A model generated the notes under the pieces. It had not been told where the DNA came from. It did no database searches and saw nothing but the letters and a program-made list of their open reading frames with translations. A stretch of 64,000 nt of DNA, from the NCBI GenBank assembly GCA_031367385.1, contig JANLPS010000489.1:1-64000 (forward strand), in the 5' to 3' direction. Positions 1 through 14,299 of the stretch are shown here, piece after piece. This DNA comes from Archangium sp. Its GTDB lineage: Bacteria > Myxococcota > Myxococcia > Myxococcales > Myxococcaceae. A program made the position numbers and the translations under genes. Position 1 is the stretch's first letter. Each line of letters opens with the position of its first letter.

Positions 1-497
1 GATACCAGTGCTGATCAGCGGCTTGAAGCTCTCGCTCGATGGTGACCACGTTCTCAATCGCCTCTGACACGACCCGTTCGACGCTGAAGCCGCCGATGAA
101 CCCGCTCAGGTGCGCGATCGAGCGGCCGATGTCTGCCGGCAGCAGGTTCAAGATGCGCTCGGCGGCCTGGGTGTAGCGGCGAATTCGAAGATCGAGCCCG
201 ACGATGATCACCGGCCGGTCGATGCCCAACAGAATGTTGTGCAGGTCGTCGTTCGCCGCGCTCAGGTCTTGCATTCGGTTCTGCAGCTCTTCGTTCGAAG
301 AGGTCAGATCTTCATTGCTGCGTTCGAGCTGCTCGACTGTGGTCTGCAGAAAATCTTTCGTCAGCGCCAGCTCATGGTTGAGCAGCTCGGTACGCACATC
401 GACCGCCGACGAGACCTCTGCCGAAGGCCGCGTCTTTGCCGACGTTCTGAATCGAGAAGACGACCAGGTCGCGAATCACCCTCAGCGGCGCCGCCAT
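1..497 (-). pseudogene. Remnant of a CheB/CheR-coiled-coil-PAS (MAC1-type) signalling gene; runs off the left edge
   Basis: The minus frame at 2-475 (not in the ORF track) reads ELLNHELALTKDFLQTTVEQLERSNEDLTSSNEELQNRMQDLSAANDDLHNILLGIDRPVIIVGLDLRIRRYTQAAERILNLLPADIGRSIAHL, a coiled coil plus PAS_10 typical of CheBR fusions. An out-of-frame segment at about 425-497 reads RVIRDLVVFSIQNVGKDAAF, resembling the CheR C-terminal IRxxVVFxxHNxxxDPPF motif. The intervening domains are missing. Confidence 0.65.
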
Positions 498-562
498 TGC
501 CGGTTCCGAGGGTGTGAGGTGGGTCAGCCGCCCACACCATCGATGCCGGCGGGTACGATCGT

Positions 563-751
563 TCAATGTCGCGGCGCATCGCAGCGCGGCACGCACCTGA
601 CGGTTTCGCTGAGTACCGCCCCCTCGCGAGGCGCCAACACCAATTTGCCACCACGATCGTGAGCCGAAACGACGGTCATGAAGCCGAGGCCTCGGGTGGC
701 GCTCGTGATGACGATGACCTGCTCAGAGAGGCTTTCAAGAGTGACAGACAT
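563..751 (-). pseudogene. N-terminal fragment of a short-chain dehydrogenase (SDR)
   Basis: MSVTLESLSEQVIVITSATRGLGF...GGKLVLAPR is a degenerate TGxxxGxG Rossmann start with an AAGGAG RBS at 758-763; it stops after about 62 codons. Confidence 0.6.
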
Positions 752-1032
752 GGCGAGCTCCTTGGTGACGACGGCGCTCTCTGCACGAGAAATGCCGGTC
801 ACTCGTCATAGGAGGAGGGGCGCTGATCAGTCTGCAAACCTGCCGCAGACGACACGTCAGGCGGCCGCCCTGCCACAGCGCTGCGCCGTTGAAGCTTTTG
901 AATGTTCACGAGAATTTTCTACGGCTTCGCGGGGCCATCGACGGGCGTGCTGCTGCGCCGTACTTCTGAAGACACAGGCACGGTTGATGCTGCGCACGGG
1001 GCTCCTCGATATTTCGAAATTGGAGAGCGCCC

Positions 1033-2021
1033 ATGAAAGCACTCGTATTTCACGGCTCGAAAGATGTGCGCGTCGACACGGTGCCCGACCCGAAAATCGA
1101 AGACGGGCGCGACGCGATTTTGCGTGTGACCGCGACGGCCATTTGCGGCTCTGATCTCCACATCTACAACGGCCTGTTTCCCCAGCCGAAGCCGATGATC
1201 CTGGGCCACGAGTTCATGGGCGTGGTCGAAGAGGTCGGCAAGAACGTGAGCCGGTTGAAGAAGGGCGACCGGGTGGTCGTGCCCTTTCCGATCGCGTGCG
1301 GAGCGTGCTGGTTCTGTGAGTGCCGATGGGGCTCAAAGACGAAGAGGTGCTGTTTCTCTCTGACATCTGCCCGACGGGCTACTCGGGGCTCAAGTGGGCC
1401 GAGGTGAAGCCGGGCGAGACGGTCGCAGTGTGGGGGTGTGGGCCAGTGGGCCTGATGGCGCAGAAGATGGCCAAGGTGCTGGGCGCAAGTCAGGTCATCG
1501 CGGTCGACATTCTCGAGTACCGCCTGAGAACGGCCCGAGAGACCACCGGCGCCATCACCATCGACGCGTCGAAGGTCGACCCGGTCGACGAGATTCGCAA
1601 GCTGACCGGTGGCCGCGGCGCCGACGTGGTGATCGAAGCGATCGGCATGGAGGCCCACCGCAGCACGCTGGAGAAGATCTCCAACGCGGTGCACCTGCAG
1701 GCTGGCACGACCGATGCGTTGGAGAAGTGTCTGAGCGCGGTTCGTCGCTGCGGGCGCGTCAGCGTGCTCGGCGTCTATGGCACCAAGTACGCCAACTTTC
1801 CCCTGGGGCAGATGGTCGACAAGGGCGTACGGGTGCAGCTTGGCCAGGCGCCGGTGCAGAACTACATCGACGAGCTGATGCAGCTCGTGGTGCAGGGAAA
1901 GGTGCGGCTCAACGACATCATCTCGCACCGCATCTCGCTGAATCAGGCGCCGCACGGCTACAAGGTGTTCAACGACAAAGAAGAGAACTGCACCAAAGTC
2001 GTGCTCGACCCGTGGAACTGA
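1033..2021 (+). pseudogene. Zn-dependent alcohol/glutathione-dependent formaldehyde dehydrogenase-like gene with internal deletion and frameshift
   Basis: The N-half has ICGSDLH, GHEFMG and CGACWFC. At about 1320 the frame switches to (V)[15 protein letters not shown]...GCGPVG...KVVLDP. The segment normally carrying the fourth structural-Zn Cys and GGQAEYVRVP is absent. Confidence 0.8.
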
Positions 2022-3260
<1,239 letters not shown>

Positions 3261-3346
3261 GCCCACTGACAGGTGCAGCACACGTGCCGGGGGGTCAGAA
3301 ATTGTGGGGCGTTGTGCTTCAAGGGCTAGATTCGAGGGGCCCCGTG

Positions 3347-4657
3347 ATGATCTCCGACCGCTTGATCGTCGATGTCTCTGCGGCCTCGCTCGAGGGAGCG
3401 CTGGCGAAGCGGCCGGAGGTCGAGTGGCTTTGCCTTCACCAGGTGCCGAACGGGTACGTGTTGCCAGAAGCGGTGTTGACGCTCTCGAAGCTCACGGCGT
3501 TGAGCCTGCGGGGCGCCGAAAGCACGCTCGAGTTTCCATCGAATGGGGGCGCACTGAAGGTCACCACGCTCGAGCTGCTGACGCCCTTCAAGGCGGCCTC
3601 ACTGCCCGCGATGCCGGGCGTCGAGACGCTGATCTTCTCGCCCACATCGGTGGCCGACGAGGTCATCGCGGTGGTCGAGCGTTTCTCGAATCTCAAGAAG
3701 CTGGTGCTGATGCCACAGGCGTTGAGCCACCAGCGATTGCCCGACGAGCTTGCAAAGCTGCGAGCCCTCGAAGAGCTGATCATCGACCGCTGCGGCGTGA
3801 CGCAGCTGCCGGCCTCGCTCGCGAAGGTTCGCCTGGCGCGGCTGAGCCTCTTCTGCCCCCAGCTGTCGGTGTTGCCTGAGGTGGTGTGCCAGGTTCGTTC
3901 GCTCGAAGCGCTGACGCTGGGCCTGAAGCTCGACACGCTGCCCGAATCGTTGAGTCAGCTCACCGTGCTGCGCGAGCTCGACCTGCGTGGAGTGCTGCGC
4001 CCACCCGAGCTGCCGCCCGTCTTGGGCAAATTGATTCGCCTGGAGCGGTTCAACCTCGCTGACTGCGGCGTGCGAAATTCGAGCGGTCTCGACCAGCTGT
4101 TCGCTCGGCTCACCAAGCTCAAGCGCTTGAACCTGGCGGGGGCCGAGGTGACCTCGCTCGAGTTCTTGAGGCCCTGCCTGCTGCTCGAAGAGCTCAGCCT
4201 CGAAGGCGTGAAGGCTGCGCCCGCGTTGCTCGAGCAATTGGCGCTGCTGCCGCGGCTACAGCGGTTGACGCTGTCGAACACCGACGTGCGTTCGCTGGCC
4301 GCGCTCGAGAACCTGCCCGAGCTGACCCGCGTCGAGCTCGAGAACGTCGAGCTCGATGATGGCCGTGCGCTGCTGGCATTGCAGGTCGCCTTGATGCTGC
4401 GCTTGCAAGCGCGTGAGGGTGACCTGTGCGCGTCATTCGTCGAGGCTGCGACGGCGCACGGCGTCGATGCGATGCGCTCGGTCGCGGTGCAGCTCGGGCT
4501 CGAAGGTGAGTCGCTGTACACCTTGCTTCACCGCGCCGTGAAGGAGACCGCTGTCGACGAGCTGATCACCGCCGTGACGGTGACGCAGCTCGAAGCGTGG
4601 GCCGACAGCCTCGGCGTCGAAGCTATGCCGAACGCCCCAGCCACTCCGGGTGCTTGA
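3347..4657 (+). CDS. Leucine-rich repeat protein
   Basis: Many LxxLxxLxL repeats (LTVLRELDL, LIRLERFNL, LKRLNL, LQRLTLSN). GAGGGG RBS precedes GTG/ATG at 3344/3347. Confidence 0.8.
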   Translation: MISDRLIVDVSAASLEGALAKRPEVEWLCLHQVPNGYVLPEAVLTLSKLTALSLRGAESTLEFPSNGGALKVTTLELLTPFKAASLPAMPGVETLIFSPTSVADEVIAVVERFSNLKKLVLMPQALSHQRLPDELAKLRALEELIIDRCGVTQLPASLAKVRLARLSLFCPQLSVLPEVVCQVRSLEALTLGLKLDTLPESLSQLTVLRELDLRGVLRPPELPPVLGKLIRLERFNLADCGVRNSSGLDQLFARLTKLKRLNLAGAEVTSLEFLRPCLLLEELSLEGVKAAPALLEQLALLPRLQRLTLSNTDVRSLAALENLPELTRVELENVELDDGRALLALQVALMLRLQAREGDLCASFVEAATAHGVDAMRSVAVQLGLEGESLYTLLHRAVKETAVDELITAVTVTQLEAWADSLGVEAMPNAPATPGA

Positions 4658-5636
4658 TGGTTGAGTCGTGGGTGTTCTTGGTCTTGAACTCCTCGAATTC
4701 GCCGACCTTGGCGGGCTCGATGGTGCGCATCACCAGCTGCTCTCGCTCGCTTTCACTCATCGGTGAAAACCCGAGGGCGACTGAGAGCGCTTGCTCGAGA
4801 ATGCCCATGCTCTCACAGCCGGTGATGGTCACGTCGGCGCCGAGGCTCATGGCGTAGTGCAGACACTCCTGGGCGCTGGCCACGCGGCTCTTGAGCGCCT
4901 TGCCGTTGGCCAGGGGCTTCATGCCGAGCACCCCAATCTTGGCCGCTTTGAGACGTGGCAGCACCGCACGCTCGAAGCTCTTGAAGTGGTGATCGAGAAC
5001 GTTGAGCGGCATCTGCACGGTGTCGAACCTGAAGCCGTGCGCGTCGGCAGCGTCGAGCATCGCCAGGTGAATCGACGGGTCTTTGTGACCGGTGAACCCG
5101 ATGAATCGAATTTTGCCGGCCTTTTGCGCCGCGAGGTACCCCTCGAGCGAGCCGCCCTCGGCGAAGTGGTGCATCGGGTCATCGGCCCGAATCACCTCGT
5201 GCATCTGCAGCAGGTCGACGTGGTCCATCCCCAGGCGGGTGAGCGACTCGTCGAGCTGCTTGGCGACCGCGGCTTTGGTCTGCCCATCGAGCTTGGTCAT
5301 CACGAACGCCTGCTGACGGCGATCTGTGAGCGCCTTGCCCAAGCGTCGCTCGCTCTCGCCATCGTGGTAGTCCCACGCGCAGTCGAAGAAGGTCACCCCC
5401 GCGTCGAGCGCGCGGTGCACGATGCGCACGGCGTCGTCGACCTCTTTGACGAGCCCCAGGTGAAACCCGCCCAGGCCGAGGCCGGAGACCTGAACGCCAG
5501 TGGAGCCCAGCGTTCGCATCGGCATCGGGCCACCGCGAGCGGGCATGGTGTCTCCTTCTTTGGGGCCCGAGACGCGGTTGCACGCGCCGAGCGCGAGACC
5601 CGAAGCGAGAACGGTTCGGCGGGTCAGGTGGGCCAT
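4623..5636 (-). CDS. Aldo/keto reductase with Tat/lipoprotein signal
   Basis: TRRTVL...LGAC leader; LGxTGxxVSxLGLGG, FFDCAWDY, VMTK, DLLQMH, IRFIGFTGH, GMKPL motifs. Confidence 0.9.
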   Translation of the reverse strand: MAHLTRRTVLASGLALGACNRVSGPKEGDTMPARGGPMPMRTLGSTGVQVSGLGLGGFHLGLVKEVDDAVRIVHRALDAGVTFFDCAWDYHDGESERRLGKALTDRRQQAFVMTKLDGQTKAAVAKQLDESLTRLGMDHVDLLQMHEVIRADDPMHHFAEGGSLEGYLAAQKAGKIRFIGFTGHKDPSIHLAMLDAADAHGFRFDTVQMPLNVLDHHFKSFERAVLPRLKAAKIGVLGMKPLANGKALKSRVASAQECLHYAMSLGADVTITGCESMGILEQALSVALGFSPMSESEREQLVMRTIEPAKVGEFEEFKTKNTHDSTIKHPEWLGRSA

Positions 5637-5873
5637 GAGCTCGTTTGGGTGAGCAACGCCCAGGCCATTTCTTCATCGAGAGCGCGAATTGAAAATGCGG
5701 GTCGCAAGCTCGCCACACGACCACGCTCCCACGCCAGCCCGTCACAGCACGGGTTTGTCGCGAAAGACGACATGACGCGCGGGGTCAATGGCGCGTGAGT
5801 GGAGCGTAACGCGCCTCGCGGCATCGCCGTTCGGGGCCCGTTTTCGGGTATGCGCGGTGCAACGACGCGTCGA

Positions 5874-7406
5874 ATGCACGCCACCAAGCCCGTTTGGGCC
5901 GCGCCTCAATTCGAACCGGTGTTTCGGCCTCTCGAAGCCAGCGACGTCGAGATCGACGTGGCGATCATCGGAGCCGGGGTCACCGGTCTGACCGCCGCGC
6001 TGTTGCTCAAACGCAGCGGCAAGCGGGTCGCGGTGTTCGAGGCCCGCCAAATTCTCGCTGGCGTGACCGGCTCGACGACCTCGCACCTCACGCAGATCGT
6101 CGACACCCGGTACCACGTCATCGAAGAGAAGTTCGGGCGCGATGGCTCTCGGTTGGTGGCCGAATCGAACGGCGCGGCGATTGATTTGATTGAGCTCATC
6201 GTCAATCAGTTGAAAATCGACTGCGGCTTCGAGCGGGTGCCCGGCTTTTTGTTCGCCGAGACCTCGCAGCAGCACGACGAGCTGCAGTTCGAGCTGCCGG
6301 CGACGATTCGCGCGGGGGTGTTGGCGGCGGCGCAAGCCTTGCCGCCCGGGCTGCCCTTCGCGGTCAAGGGCGCGATGCGCGTCGAGAATCAGGGTCAGCT
6401 CGACCCGCGCGCGTACCTGGTGCCCATCGCCCTCGAGGTCAACTCGAACGGCTCGTACGTCTTCGAGAAGACTCCGGTGATCGCGATTCACGAGGGCACG
6501 CCGTGCTGGCTCGAGACGGCCGCAGGGCCCACCGTGAAGGCCAAGCACGTCATCGTCGCGACCCACTCGCCGCTCAACGTCGTGTTGCTACAGACCAAGA
6601 TCGCCCACTACCAGTCGTACGTCGTGAGCGGCCCGGTCACCCAGCCCACCGGCGGCCTGCTGTGGGACATGGCCGACCCGTACCACTACGTGCGCACGCA
6701 GCAGACCACGCATGGGCTGCAGCTGATCATTGGCGGCGAAGATCACAAGACCGGTCAGGAGCCCAACACCGAAGCCGCGTTCGAGCGCCTCACCGAGTAT
6801 GCGCGCCGCTTTCACATGGTGCCCGACCGCCGCTGGTCGGCGCAGGTGGTCGAGCCGGTCGACGGCTTGCCCTTCATCGGTCGCAACTCGGGTTCATCGA
6901 AGGTGTTCGTCGCCACCGGCTACTCGGGCAATGGCATGACCTTCGGTACCGTCGCCGCGATGGTGCTCAGCGACCTCATCTTGGGGCGGCCGAACCCGTG
7001 GGCTTCGCTGTACGACGCCACGCGCATCAAGCCGGTCGCTTCGCTCAAGTCGTACATCACTGAGAACGTCGACTTTCCGCTCCACCTGGTCGGCGGCGTG
7101 TTCAAGACTCCCGAGGCCCGCTCGGTCGATGAGGTGAAGCGCGACGAAGGCAAAATCGTGCTCACAGAGGGCAAGCGCCTAGCGGTCTTTCGCGACGACG
7201 AAGGCGAGCTCCACGCGGTCGCGTCGGTGTGTACCCACCTGGGCTGCCACGTCTCGTTCAACAGCGCCCAGAAGTCGTGGGACTGCCCGTGTCACGGCTC
7301 GCGGTTCTCGATCGATGGCGAGGTGCTCGATGGGCCGGCGATCAAACCGCTCGAACGCTATGAGCTCAACGCCCGGGCCAAAACCAAGTCAGGCAGTAGG
7401 GGCTGA
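5874..7406 (+). CDS. FAD-dependent oxidoreductase with C-terminal Rieske [2Fe-2S] domain (YhfW-like)
   Basis: DVAIIGAGVTG, DGLPFIG, ATGYSGNGMTFG; Rieske CTHLGC and WDCPCHGSRF. Start could be upstream (5799 or 5829). Confidence 0.9.
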   Translation: MHATKPVWAAPQFEPVFRPLEASDVEIDVAIIGAGVTGLTAALLLKRSGKRVAVFEARQILAGVTGSTTSHLTQIVDTRYHVIEEKFGRDGSRLVAESNGAAIDLIELIVNQLKIDCGFERVPGFLFAETSQQHDELQFELPATIRAGVLAAAQALPPGLPFAVKGAMRVENQGQLDPRAYLVPIALEVNSNGSYVFEKTPVIAIHEGTPCWLETAAGPTVKAKHVIVATHSPLNVVLLQTKIAHYQSYVVSGPVTQPTGGLLWDMADPYHYVRTQQTTHGLQLIIGGEDHKTGQEPNTEAAFERLTEYARRFHMVPDRRWSAQVVEPVDGLPFIGRNSGSSKVFVATGYSGNGMTFGTVAAMVLSDLILGRPNPWASLYDATRIKPVASLKSYITENVDFPLHLVGGVFKTPEARSVDEVKRDEGKIVLTEGKRLAVFRDDEGELHAVASVCTHLGCHVSFNSAQKSWDCPCHGSRFSIDGEVLDGPAIKPLERYELNARAKTKSGSRG

Positions 7407-8552
7407 TCAGCGGGAGCGAGCCATCATCGGCCCGTCGCCGTACGCTGACAGGCGCTGGGGTGACCGGGGGAGCTCGACCGAGAACACGGTGCCGGTCGCT
7501 TCAGAAGACTCGACCTTCACGCTGCCGCCATGCCGCTCGGCGATCTGCGAGACGATGTGCAGGCCGAGCCCGAGACCATCTCGCTGACCCAACTTGCGCT
7601 CGCCCCGGCGAAAGGGCTCGAAGAGGTGCGAGAGGAGCTCGGGCGCGATGACCCCTGCATTGGCGACCTTCACCCACACTCGATCTGCGGCGGTGCCATC
7701 GAGCAGGAGCTCAATCGGCTCGCTGGCCGTGCCGTGGGTGAGCGCGTTGCCGAGCAGGTTCGAGATCAGCTGGGCCATGCGGTCGGCGTCCCACCAGCCG
7801 GCCAGGTCACCCTGCAGCTCTACGGCGATGTGACGCTCGGCGTGTGCCGCTTGCAGCTCGCCCACCACCTTCGACGCGACGTGCCCCAGGTCAGCCGGAG
7901 CGGCCTTCACCGTGAGCCCGCCTCCCAGCCGCACGCGCGCGAGGTCGAGCAGATCATCGAGCATTCGCCGCATGCGCCTGCCGCTGATTTTGATCTGCTT
8001 CGACATCGCCTTGACCATGTCGTCATTGGAGCTGTTGTTCAGCAGCTCGGCCGCTGAGTAGATCGCGTTGAGCGGGTTTCTCAGGTCGTGGCTCAGCACG
8101 GCGATGAACATCTCGTTGAGCCGCAGCGTCTCGGTTCGTTCGGCGAGCTGCTCGGCCAACTGAAGCTTCTGCCGAAACAGCTGAAAGAACACCGAGGCCT
8201 TGTTCTTCAGAATCGCAGGCTCGATCGGCTTGTAGAGAAAGTCGACCGCGCCCAGGTCGTAGCCTTTGAAGATGCGTTGACGGTCTTGGGTGCCCGCGGT
8301 GACGAAGATGATCGGCACGTGGCGGGTGCGATCATTCGAGCTCATCATCTCGGCGAGCTCGAAGCCGTCCATCTCCGGCATCTGCACGTCGACGAAGGCC
8401 AGCGCACAGTCGTTCAACAGCAGCAGCTCGAGCGCCTCGGCTCCCGAGCGGGCCTCGAGCACTTCGACCGACTCATCACGCAGCAACGCCGAGAGCGCGA
8501 GCAGGTTCTCTTCGAGGTCATCGACCAGCAGACATTTGACTCGGCGCTTCAT
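7407..8552 (-). CDS. Hybrid receiver-histidine kinase
   Basis: N-terminal receiver (LLVDD, DVQMPEMDG, KP); H-box SHDLRNPL; N-box NLLGNA; G-box GLGLGL. Confidence 0.92.
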   Translation of the reverse strand: MKRRVKCLLVDDLEENLLALSALLRDESVEVLEARSGAEALELLLLNDCALAFVDVQMPEMDGFELAEMMSSNDRTRHVPIIFVTAGTQDRQRIFKGYDLGAVDFLYKPIEPAILKNKASVFFQLFRQKLQLAEQLAERTETLRLNEMFIAVLSHDLRNPLNAIYSAAELLNNSSNDDMVKAMSKQIKISGRRMRRMLDDLLDLARVRLGGGLTVKAAPADLGHVASKVVGELQAAHAERHIAVELQGDLAGWWDADRMAQLISNLLGNALTHGTASEPIELLLDGTAADRVWVKVANAGVIAPELLSHLFEPFRRGERKLGQRDGLGLGLHIVSQIAERHGGSVKVESSEATGTVFSVELPRSPQRLSAYGDGPMMARSR

Positions 8553-9133
8553 GCTCCGCCCTCGAGCCGCTGCAGCAGCAGGGCCAGCGCCGGCAATGAC
8601 ACCACGAAGTCGGCGGGCCCCCGGGCCAGTGCGGCGGTCGGCATCGCGCGGTATGCGGCGGTGTCGGGGTCTTGCACCACGGTGACGCCACCCGAGGCCC
8701 GAATGGCCGCCAGCCCATCGGCACCGTCGGCGTTCGCACCGGTCAAGACCACACCCATCAGTCTGGCGCCGTACACCTCGGCCGCAGACTCGAACAGCAC
8801 GTCGATCGCCGGCCGTGAGAAGTGCACCGGCGCTTCGAGTGAGAGCGCCAGGTGCGGGCCCTTGTCGATCAACAGGTGGTAACCGGCGGGCGCCAAGAAC
8901 ACCGTGCCCGGCGTTATCGGTTGCTTGTCGTACGCCTCATAGGTGGGCAGCACGCACTTGCGAGCGAAAATAGCCGGCAACATGCTCGCGCGGTCTCGAG
9001 GCAGGTGCTGCACGATGATCACCGCCGGCCGAAACGACGCGGGGAGCTCCTGGAGCAGCACGGTCAACGCCTCGATGCCGCCCGCCGAGGCGCCGATCAC
9101 CACTGCTTCAATCGCTGAGAGCGCGCCGGCCAT
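8549..9133 (-). CDS. cheB: Stand-alone CheB-type methylesterase (no receiver domain)
   Basis: GASAGG, IVQH, RPAIDVLFESAA, LTGANADG; Ser-His-Asp triad intact. Confidence 0.9.
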   Translation of the reverse strand: MAGALSAIEAVVIGASAGGIEALTVLLQELPASFRPAVIIVQHLPRDRASMLPAIFARKCVLPTYEAYDKQPITPGTVFLAPAGYHLLIDKGPHLALSLEAPVHFSRPAIDVLFESAAEVYGARLMGVVLTGANADGADGLAAIRASGGVTVVQDPDTAAYRAMPTAALARGPADFVVSLPALALLLQRLEGGA

Positions 9134-9135
9134 CT

Positions 9136-9960
9136 TCAGTCGGCCTCTTTTTGGTAGATGCGCTCGTCGGGGGCGAGCGCTCTGAACGCCCTCGTGCGAG
9201 GGTAGAAGTGCAGCGATTCACGCATGCCCAGACCCAAGAACCCTTTGCGGCACAGTGAGTCGCGAAACAAATCGACGGCCCGGTTCTGCAGATCGCGGTT
9301 GAAGTAGATCAAGACGTTTCGGCACGAGACCAGGTGCACCTCGGCGAAGACGCTGTCGGTGGCGAGCGAGTGATCTGAGAACACCATGTTCTGGCGCAGC
9401 GATTGGTCGAACACCGCCCGGCCATAAGCCTCGGTGTAGTACTCCGAGAGCGGCCCCGTCGCGCCCGACTTGCGGTGGTTCTCGCTGAAGAGCTCGAGCC
9501 GCTCAGCCTCGTACACGCCCGACTCGGCCTTCTTCAGCGCGTCGTCATTGATGTCGGTGGCGTAGATCAAGCTGCGCGAGAGCAACCCCTCTTCACGCAG
9601 CAGAATCGCCAGCGAATACACCTCTTCGCCCGCGCTGCAACCCGCCACCCACAGCTTGAGCGAGGGGTAGGTGCGCAGCAATGGCACCACCTCGGTTCGC
9701 AGCGCCTTGAAGTACTCGGGGTCGCGAAACATCTCGCTGACCTGCACCGTCAAGACGTTGATCACCGACCTGAAGATCAGCGGGTCGTGCAGCACCTTGT
9801 CTTGCAGCTGCGAGAGCGAGGTGCACTCGAAGCGGGTCATCGCCGAGCTCAGTCGGCGCTTGAGCGATGACTCGGCATAGCCGCGAAAATCATAGTGGTA
9901 CTTGAGGAACACCGCGTCGATGAACAGGCGCAGCTCGATGTCGGAGCTCGCGAGCGTCAT
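9136..9960 (-). CDS. cheR: CheR-type protein-glutamate methyltransferase
   Basis: VSEMFRDP, WVAGCSAGEEVYS, IYATDI, CRNVLIYF. Confidence 0.93.
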   Translation of the reverse strand: MTLASSDIELRLFIDAVFLKYHYDFRGYAESSLKRRLSSAMTRFECTSLSQLQDKVLHDPLIFRSVINVLTVQVSEMFRDPEYFKALRTEVVPLLRTYPSLKLWVAGCSAGEEVYSLAILLREEGLLSRSLIYATDINDDALKKAESGVYEAERLELFSENHRKSGATGPLSEYYTEAYGRAVFDQSLRQNMVFSDHSLATDSVFAEVHLVSCRNVLIYFNRDLQNRAVDLFRDSLCRKGFLGLGMRESLHFYPRTRAFRALAPDERIYQKEAD

Positions 9961-9966
9961 GGCGGG

Positions 9967-13455
<3,489 letters not shown>

Positions 13456-13580
13456 GGTGTCTCAGCGGTGGAGCGACGGTGCGAAGGCCGGGCCACCACC
13501 ACTTTCATCGAGTTGTGGCGGAATGGGCTGTGGCGAGGCGTCACACTGGGCTAGCGGTGCGGCACTTTGGCAAGTTCGCC

Positions 13581-14216
13581 TTACCGGCTATTCCAAGGGT
13601 TGGCGGGCTGATCATTGATGGCGACCCAAAATCGCGCATCGCGGGAGACCTCGCCCACCCCGGTGAGCCCCCACCCGCCGCGACCATCGTGGTGCTCGGC
13701 CATTCTCCACCCGGCCCCCAGGGCCTTGGCGCAGCGGGCGTCGGCCTCGGCGCGAGAGGTCAGCAGGCGACCAGCGATGGGCGTGGTGGCGGCGATCTCG
13801 GCCCCTGACCAGCCGCTGTAGAAATCGCTCGCGAGCCCCTCGGGCTTGGGCAGGTTCTTGGGCAGCAGACACAGAATCGACAGCTCGGTCTCGCAGTCGG
13901 TGTCACCCAGGTAGGCGTTGGTGTGCGCCGGGTCGCTGCCCACGCGAACGATGTTCTTTTCTTGCTTGAGCAGGCTCCAGGTCATGCCGCGGCAACTGCC
14001 CCTGGGTGGGGGAGGCGCCACAGGCACAGGCACCGGTGGCGGAGGGCTCACGGCGACCGGCGCAGGTGCTTCGCAGCGGCACACGGGCGCGGCCGGAGGC
14101 TGCAGGCGCGAGGCGATGAACCACACCCCGAGCCCAGAGCTGAGTGACGAGGCGCTGATCAGCAAGGCCAGCCCAGGCAGCCCGAGCGTGATCGACGGCG
14201 ATTCAGAAGTGGCCAT
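13581..14216 (-). CDS. Membrane-anchored protein with Pro-rich linker and Cys/Trp-rich extracellular domain
   Basis: N-terminal hydrophobic helix, PPPPVPVPVAPPPP linker, then GMTW...NAYLGDTDC...GWSG...CxxxLGAGWRMAEHHDG...FWVAINDQPANPW. Confidence 0.7.
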   Translation of the reverse strand: MATSESPSITLGLPGLALLISASSLSSGLGVWFIASRLQPPAAPVCRCEAPAPVAVSPPPPVPVPVAPPPPRGSCRGMTWSLLKQEKNIVRVGSDPAHTNAYLGDTDCETELSILCLLPKNLPKPEGLASDFYSGWSGAEIAATTPIAGRLLTSRAEADARCAKALGAGWRMAEHHDGRGGWGLTGVGEVSRDARFWVAINDQPANPWNSR

Positions 14217-14236
14217 TCGCGGTCATCATAGGCCAT

Positions 14237-14274
14237 AAAAAAACCGTGAAGCGCGGTGAGTTGCGCTCCACGGT
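14237..14274 (-). terminator. Intrinsic terminator downstream of the first Gly-rich lipoprotein
   Basis: Minus strand: ACCGTGGAGCGC-8 nt loop-GCGCTTCACGGT followed by a T run. Confidence 0.8.
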
Positions 14275-14299
14275 CGGTCAAGCCTTAGCGGCGCAAAGG

